This document shows, piece after piece, positions 61,133 to 64,000 of a DNA stretch of 64,000 nt. This DNA is from an uncultured Acidimicrobiaceae bacterium (GTDB lineage: Bacteria > Actinomycetota > Acidimicrobiia > Acidimicrobiales > RAAP-2), in contig CAWFKN010000002.1 in the NCBI GenBank assembly GCA_963816405.1, positions 45,440 to 109,439 on the forward strand. The letters are read 5' to 3'. The position numbers and the translations under genes are program-made. Below the pieces are notes generated by a model. It was not told the DNA's origin. It saw only the letters and a program-made list of their open reading frames with translations, and did not search any database. The stretch's first letter is position 1; the number at the start of each line of letters is the position of its first letter.

Positions 61133-63811
61133 ATGCCCTCCCCCCAATCCAACTCCTTCGACGCCCGCACGACGATGCAAGTCGGCGACCGCGAGATCAC
61201 GATCTTCGCGCTCGACGCTCCCGGCCTCGAGCAGTTCGCCGTCGCCTCGCTCCCCTACTCGATCAAGGTGCTCCTCGAGAACGTGCTGCGCCACGAGGAC
61301 GGCAACAAGGTGACGACCTCGCACGTCGAGGCGGTGGCGCGCTGGGGGGACCGCGAGCCCGCCCACGGCACCGACCGCGAGCTGGCGTTCAACCCCGAGC
61401 GGGTCCTCATGCAGGACCTCACGGGCGTGCCTGCGGTCGTCGACCTCGCGGGGATGCGCGACGCGATCATCACGCTCGGCGGCTCGCCCTCGTCGATCAA
61501 CCCGCTCGTCCCCGTCGACCTCGTGATCGACCACTCGGTCATCATCGAGCGCAGCGGGACGGCCGCCTCATTCGGGGAGAACGTCTCGATCGAGTACGAG
61601 CGCAACGCCGAGCGCTACCGCTTCCTCAAGTGGGCGCAGGGGACGTTCGCGAACTTCCGGGTCGTCCCCCCGGGCACGGGCATCTGCCACCAGGTCAACC
61701 TCGAGTACCTCGCAGGCGTCGTCTTCGAGCGCGACGGCGTGGCGTTCCCCGACACGCTCGTGGGCATCGATTCGCACACGACCATGGTGAACGGCCTCGG
61801 CGTCGTCGGGTGGGGGGTGGGCGGCATCGAGGCGGAGGCCGCGATCCTCGGCCAGCCCATCCCGATGCTGGTGCCGCCCGTCGTCGGGCTGCGCCTCACC
61901 GGCAGGACCAACGAGGGCGTGACCTCGACCGACGTCGTGCTCACGATCACCGAGCTCCTGCGTCGCCACGGCGTCGTGGACAAGTTCGTGGAGGGCTTCG
62001 GCCCGGGCGTCGCGGCGCTGTCGCTCGAGACGCGCGCCACGATCGGCAACATGTCCCCGGAGTACGGCTCGACGTGCACGGTGTTCCCGATCGACGAGGT
62101 GACCCTGGACTACCTGCGGTTCACCGGGCGCTCGGCCGAGCAGGTGGCGCTCGTCGAGGCGTACGCGCGGCGCCAGGGGCTGTGGCACGACCCCTCCGCG
62201 CCCGAGCCGAGCTACTCGGAGATCGCCGAGCTCGACCTCTCGACGGTCGAGCCCTCGCTCGCGGGGCCCTCGCGGCCCCAGGACCGCGTCAGCCTCACGA
62301 CGCTCCCGACCGCCTCGCGCGAGGCCCTCGGCCGCGAGCCCGCCGAGGTCGCGGCGAGCGGCGCGTCGACGTCGCTGCGCGACCTCGACGTGGTCATCGC
62401 GGCGATCACGAGCTGCACCAACACGTCGAACCCCGCGGTGATGGTCGCTGCCGGGCTCGTCGCCAAGCACGCCCTCGAGCGCGGGCTGACGGTCAAGCCG
62501 TGGGTGAAGACCTCGCTCGCGCCCGGCTCGAGGGTCGTCATCGACTACCTCGAGCGCGCCGAGCTGCTCGAGCCCCTGGCTGAGCTGGGCTTCTACCTGG
62601 CCGGCTACGGCTGCACGACCTGCATCGGCAACTCGGGGCCGCTGCTCGACGGCGTCTCGGACGCCGTGGTCGCCGGCGGGCTCTCCGTCGCCGCGGTGCT
62701 CTCGGGCAACCGGAACTTCGAGAGCCGGATCCACCCCGACGTCCGGCAGAACTACCTCGCCTCTCCCCCGCTCGTCGTGGCCTACGCCCTCGCCGGGACC
62801 GTCGCGATCGACCTGTCCACCGAGCCGATCGGGACGGGCGGCGACGGCGCGCCCGTCTACCTCCGCGACCTGTGGCCGAGCGACGCCGAGGTCGCCGAGG
62901 CGGTCCGTTCCTCGCTCAGCACCGCGCAGTTCCTGGACCGCTACGCCGAGGTCTTCACCGGGGGCGCGCGCTGGGACGCCGTCGAGGCGCCGCAGGGAGC
63001 GACCTACGCGTGGGACCCGGCGTCCACCTACGAGCTGCGGCCACCGTTCTTCGACGGGATCACCGCCGAGCCGCCACCCGTGACCGACGTCACCGGCGCG
63101 CGCGTCCTCATCTGGGTCGGCGACTCGGTGACGACGGACCACATCTCGCCGGCCGGTGCGATCCGACCCGGCGTGCCAGCAGGCAAGTACCTCATCGAGC
63201 ATGGCGTCGCGACCGAGGACTTCAACACCTACGGGACTCGGCGCGGCAACCACGAGATCATGGCGCGCGGCACCTTCGCGAACCTGCGGATCAAGAACAA
63301 GCTGCTGCCGGGCACCGAAGGCGGGGTCACGAGGAAGTTCCCGTCCGGCGAGGAGACGACCGTCTTCGACGCGTCCGAGGCCTACCGAGCCGAGGGCACC
63401 CCGCTGCTCGCGATCGCGGGCAAGGAGTACGGGACCGGGTCGAGCCGCGACTGGGCCGCCAAGGGGCCGCTGCTGCTCGGGGTCCGCGCCGTGCTCGCCG
63501 AGAGCTACGAGCGGATCCACCGGTCCAACCTGATCGGCATGGGGATCGCCGCGCTGCAGTTCCAGCCCGGCGACACGCTCGAGTCCCTCGGGCTCGACGG
63601 CACCGAGACCTACGACGTCGTCGGGCTCGAGGCCCTCAACGAAGGCCAGCTGCCGAAGACCGTGTCGGTCCGCGCACGCCGCGAGGACGGCACGAACCTC
63701 GAGTTCGACGCGCGGCTGCGCATCGACACCGAGACCGAGGCCGACTACTTCCGCAACGGCGGGGTGCTCAACTACGTGTTGCGCTCGCTCACGGCCACCG
63801 GGGCTCACTGA
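61133..63811 (+). CDS. acnA: aconitate hydratase A
   Basis: The start is at ATG 61133 ([11 protein letters not shown]), giving an intact 892 aa. It carries [23 protein letters not shown] and [10 protein letters not shown] (Fe-S Cys ligands). Confidence 0.95.
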   Translation: MPSPQSNSFDARTTMQVGDREITIFALDAPGLEQFAVASLPYSIKVLLENVLRHEDGNKVTTSHVEAVARWGDREPAHGTDRELAFNPERVLMQDLTGVPAVVDLAGMRDAIITLGGSPSSINPLVPVDLVIDHSVIIERSGTAASFGENVSIEYERNAERYRFLKWAQGTFANFRVVPPGTGICHQVNLEYLAGVVFERDGVAFPDTLVGIDSHTTMVNGLGVVGWGVGGIEAEAAILGQPIPMLVPPVVGLRLTGRTNEGVTSTDVVLTITELLRRHGVVDKFVEGFGPGVAALSLETRATIGNMSPEYGSTCTVFPIDEVTLDYLRFTGRSAEQVALVEAYARRQGLWHDPSAPEPSYSEIAELDLSTVEPSLAGPSRPQDRVSLTTLPTASREALGREPAEVAASGASTSLRDLDVVIAAITSCTNTSNPAVMVAAGLVAKHALERGLTVKPWVKTSLAPGSRVVIDYLERAELLEPLAELGFYLAGYGCTTCIGNSGPLLDGVSDAVVAGGLSVAAVLSGNRNFESRIHPDVRQNYLASPPLVVAYALAGTVAIDLSTEPIGTGGDGAPVYLRDLWPSDAEVAEAVRSSLSTAQFLDRYAEVFTGGARWDAVEAPQGATYAWDPASTYELRPPFFDGITAEPPPVTDVTGARVLIWVGDSVTTDHISPAGAIRPGVPAGKYLIEHGVATEDFNTYGTRRGNHEIMARGTFANLRIKNKLLPGTEGGVTRKFPSGEETTVFDASEAYRAEGTPLLAIAGKEYGTGSSRDWAAKGPLLLGVRAVLAESYERIHRSNLIGMGIAALQFQPGDTLESLGLDGTETYDVVGLEALNEGQLPKTVSVRARREDGTNLEFDARLRIDTETEADYFRNGGVLNYVLRSLTATGAH

Positions 63812-63844
63812 GTCGGGGCTCACTGAGTCGGGGCTCAGGCGGTC
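63800..63844. repeat. 3 x 15-nt tandem repeat spanning the stops of convergent acnA and the PIG-L gene
   Basis: ggggctcactgagtc / ggggctcactgagtc / ggggctcaggcggtc. Copies 1 and 2 each carry a plus-strand in-frame TGA, the first being the acnA stop. The minus strand also shows three in-frame TGAs at 15-nt spacing. Confidence 0.85.
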
Positions 63845-64000
63845 ACGACCACCTTGAAGGCCTCGGCGAGCCGCCCCTTGGGCAGCCCGGCCGACTTCGC
63901 GATCATCGCGCCCCACTCGCGCAGCATCGGGTCGAGCCGCTCGCCGTCGCCGACCTGGCTCTTGTGGCACTGGAGCGCCTCGATCTTCTTGTCGATCGTC
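63835..64000 (-). CDS. PIG-L/LmbE-family deacetylase, C-terminal fragment (gene continues beyond the window)
   Basis: Hand translation gives ...TIDKKIEALQCHKSQVGDGERLDPMLREWGAMIAKSAGLPKGRLAEAFKVVVTA*. The AL.CH.SQ motif is typical of the family. Confidence 0.6.
   Translation of the reverse strand, partial: TIDKKIEALQCHKSQVGDGERLDPMLREWGAMIAKSAGLPKGRLAEAFKVVVTA

Noticed and set aside
61568-63970. An 800-aa ORF antisense to acnA. Similar long antisense or overlapping ORFs include 2290..4458, 20743..21957, 33465..34490, 36870..38090, 50821..54144, 59031..61052 and the upstream 2 kb of 44172..47072.
   Set aside because: Their translations are Arg/Ala/Gly/Pro-rich low-complexity sequences with no recognisable motifs. 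They lie opposite genes with clear family signatures. Long shadow ORFs are expected in very GC-rich DNA because stop codons are rare.

Overview
Very GC-rich, actinobacterial-type chromosomal segment with no rRNA, CRISPR, IS element or prophage that I can see. The left half (about 0-33 kb) is a conserved housekeeping neighbourhood. It carries cysH/cysDN, meaB, murA, glpX, the full F1Fo ATP synthase operon (atpZ-I-B-E-F-H-A-G-D-C), wecA, glyA, sua5, prmC, prfA, rpmE, rho, thrC, hom and lysA, in a gene order like M. tuberculosis Rv1292-Rv1315. The right half (about 33-59 kb) sits between lysA and argS, which are neighbours in other actinobacteria, and holds the two notable systems. (1) A cobalamin riboswitch (about 38.42-38.56 kb) precedes an operon for a secreted terpene-cyclase/prenyltransferase-fold protein, an anchored DUF4430-like protein and an ECF transporter (T, fused A1A2, S-like). 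(2) An 11-gene, translationally coupled minus-strand operon (46.15-56.38 kb) starts with an unlisted 36-aa mycofactocin precursor (MftA, C-terminus IDGLCGVY). It continues through mftB, mftC, two FadH/OYE flavoenzymes, etfA-fixC-fixX-etfB, mftE and a mycofactocin-type SDR, with mftF and an NDMA-type ADH alongside. No mftD homologue is visible in the window. argS, an FmdB zinc-ribbon gene, acnA and a partial PIG-L deacetylase close the window. Caveat: many essential genes (cysN, meaB, murA, glpX, atpC/D/G/A/H, prmC, prfA, rho, the ECF S-like gene, mftF) are split across reading frames by single-base indels. These indels cluster in patches while neighbouring long genes are intact, so I read them as assembly or sequencing errors rather than real pseudogenes. 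Several 15-nt tandem repeats sit at gene 3' ends, and two of them duplicate stop codons in frame.
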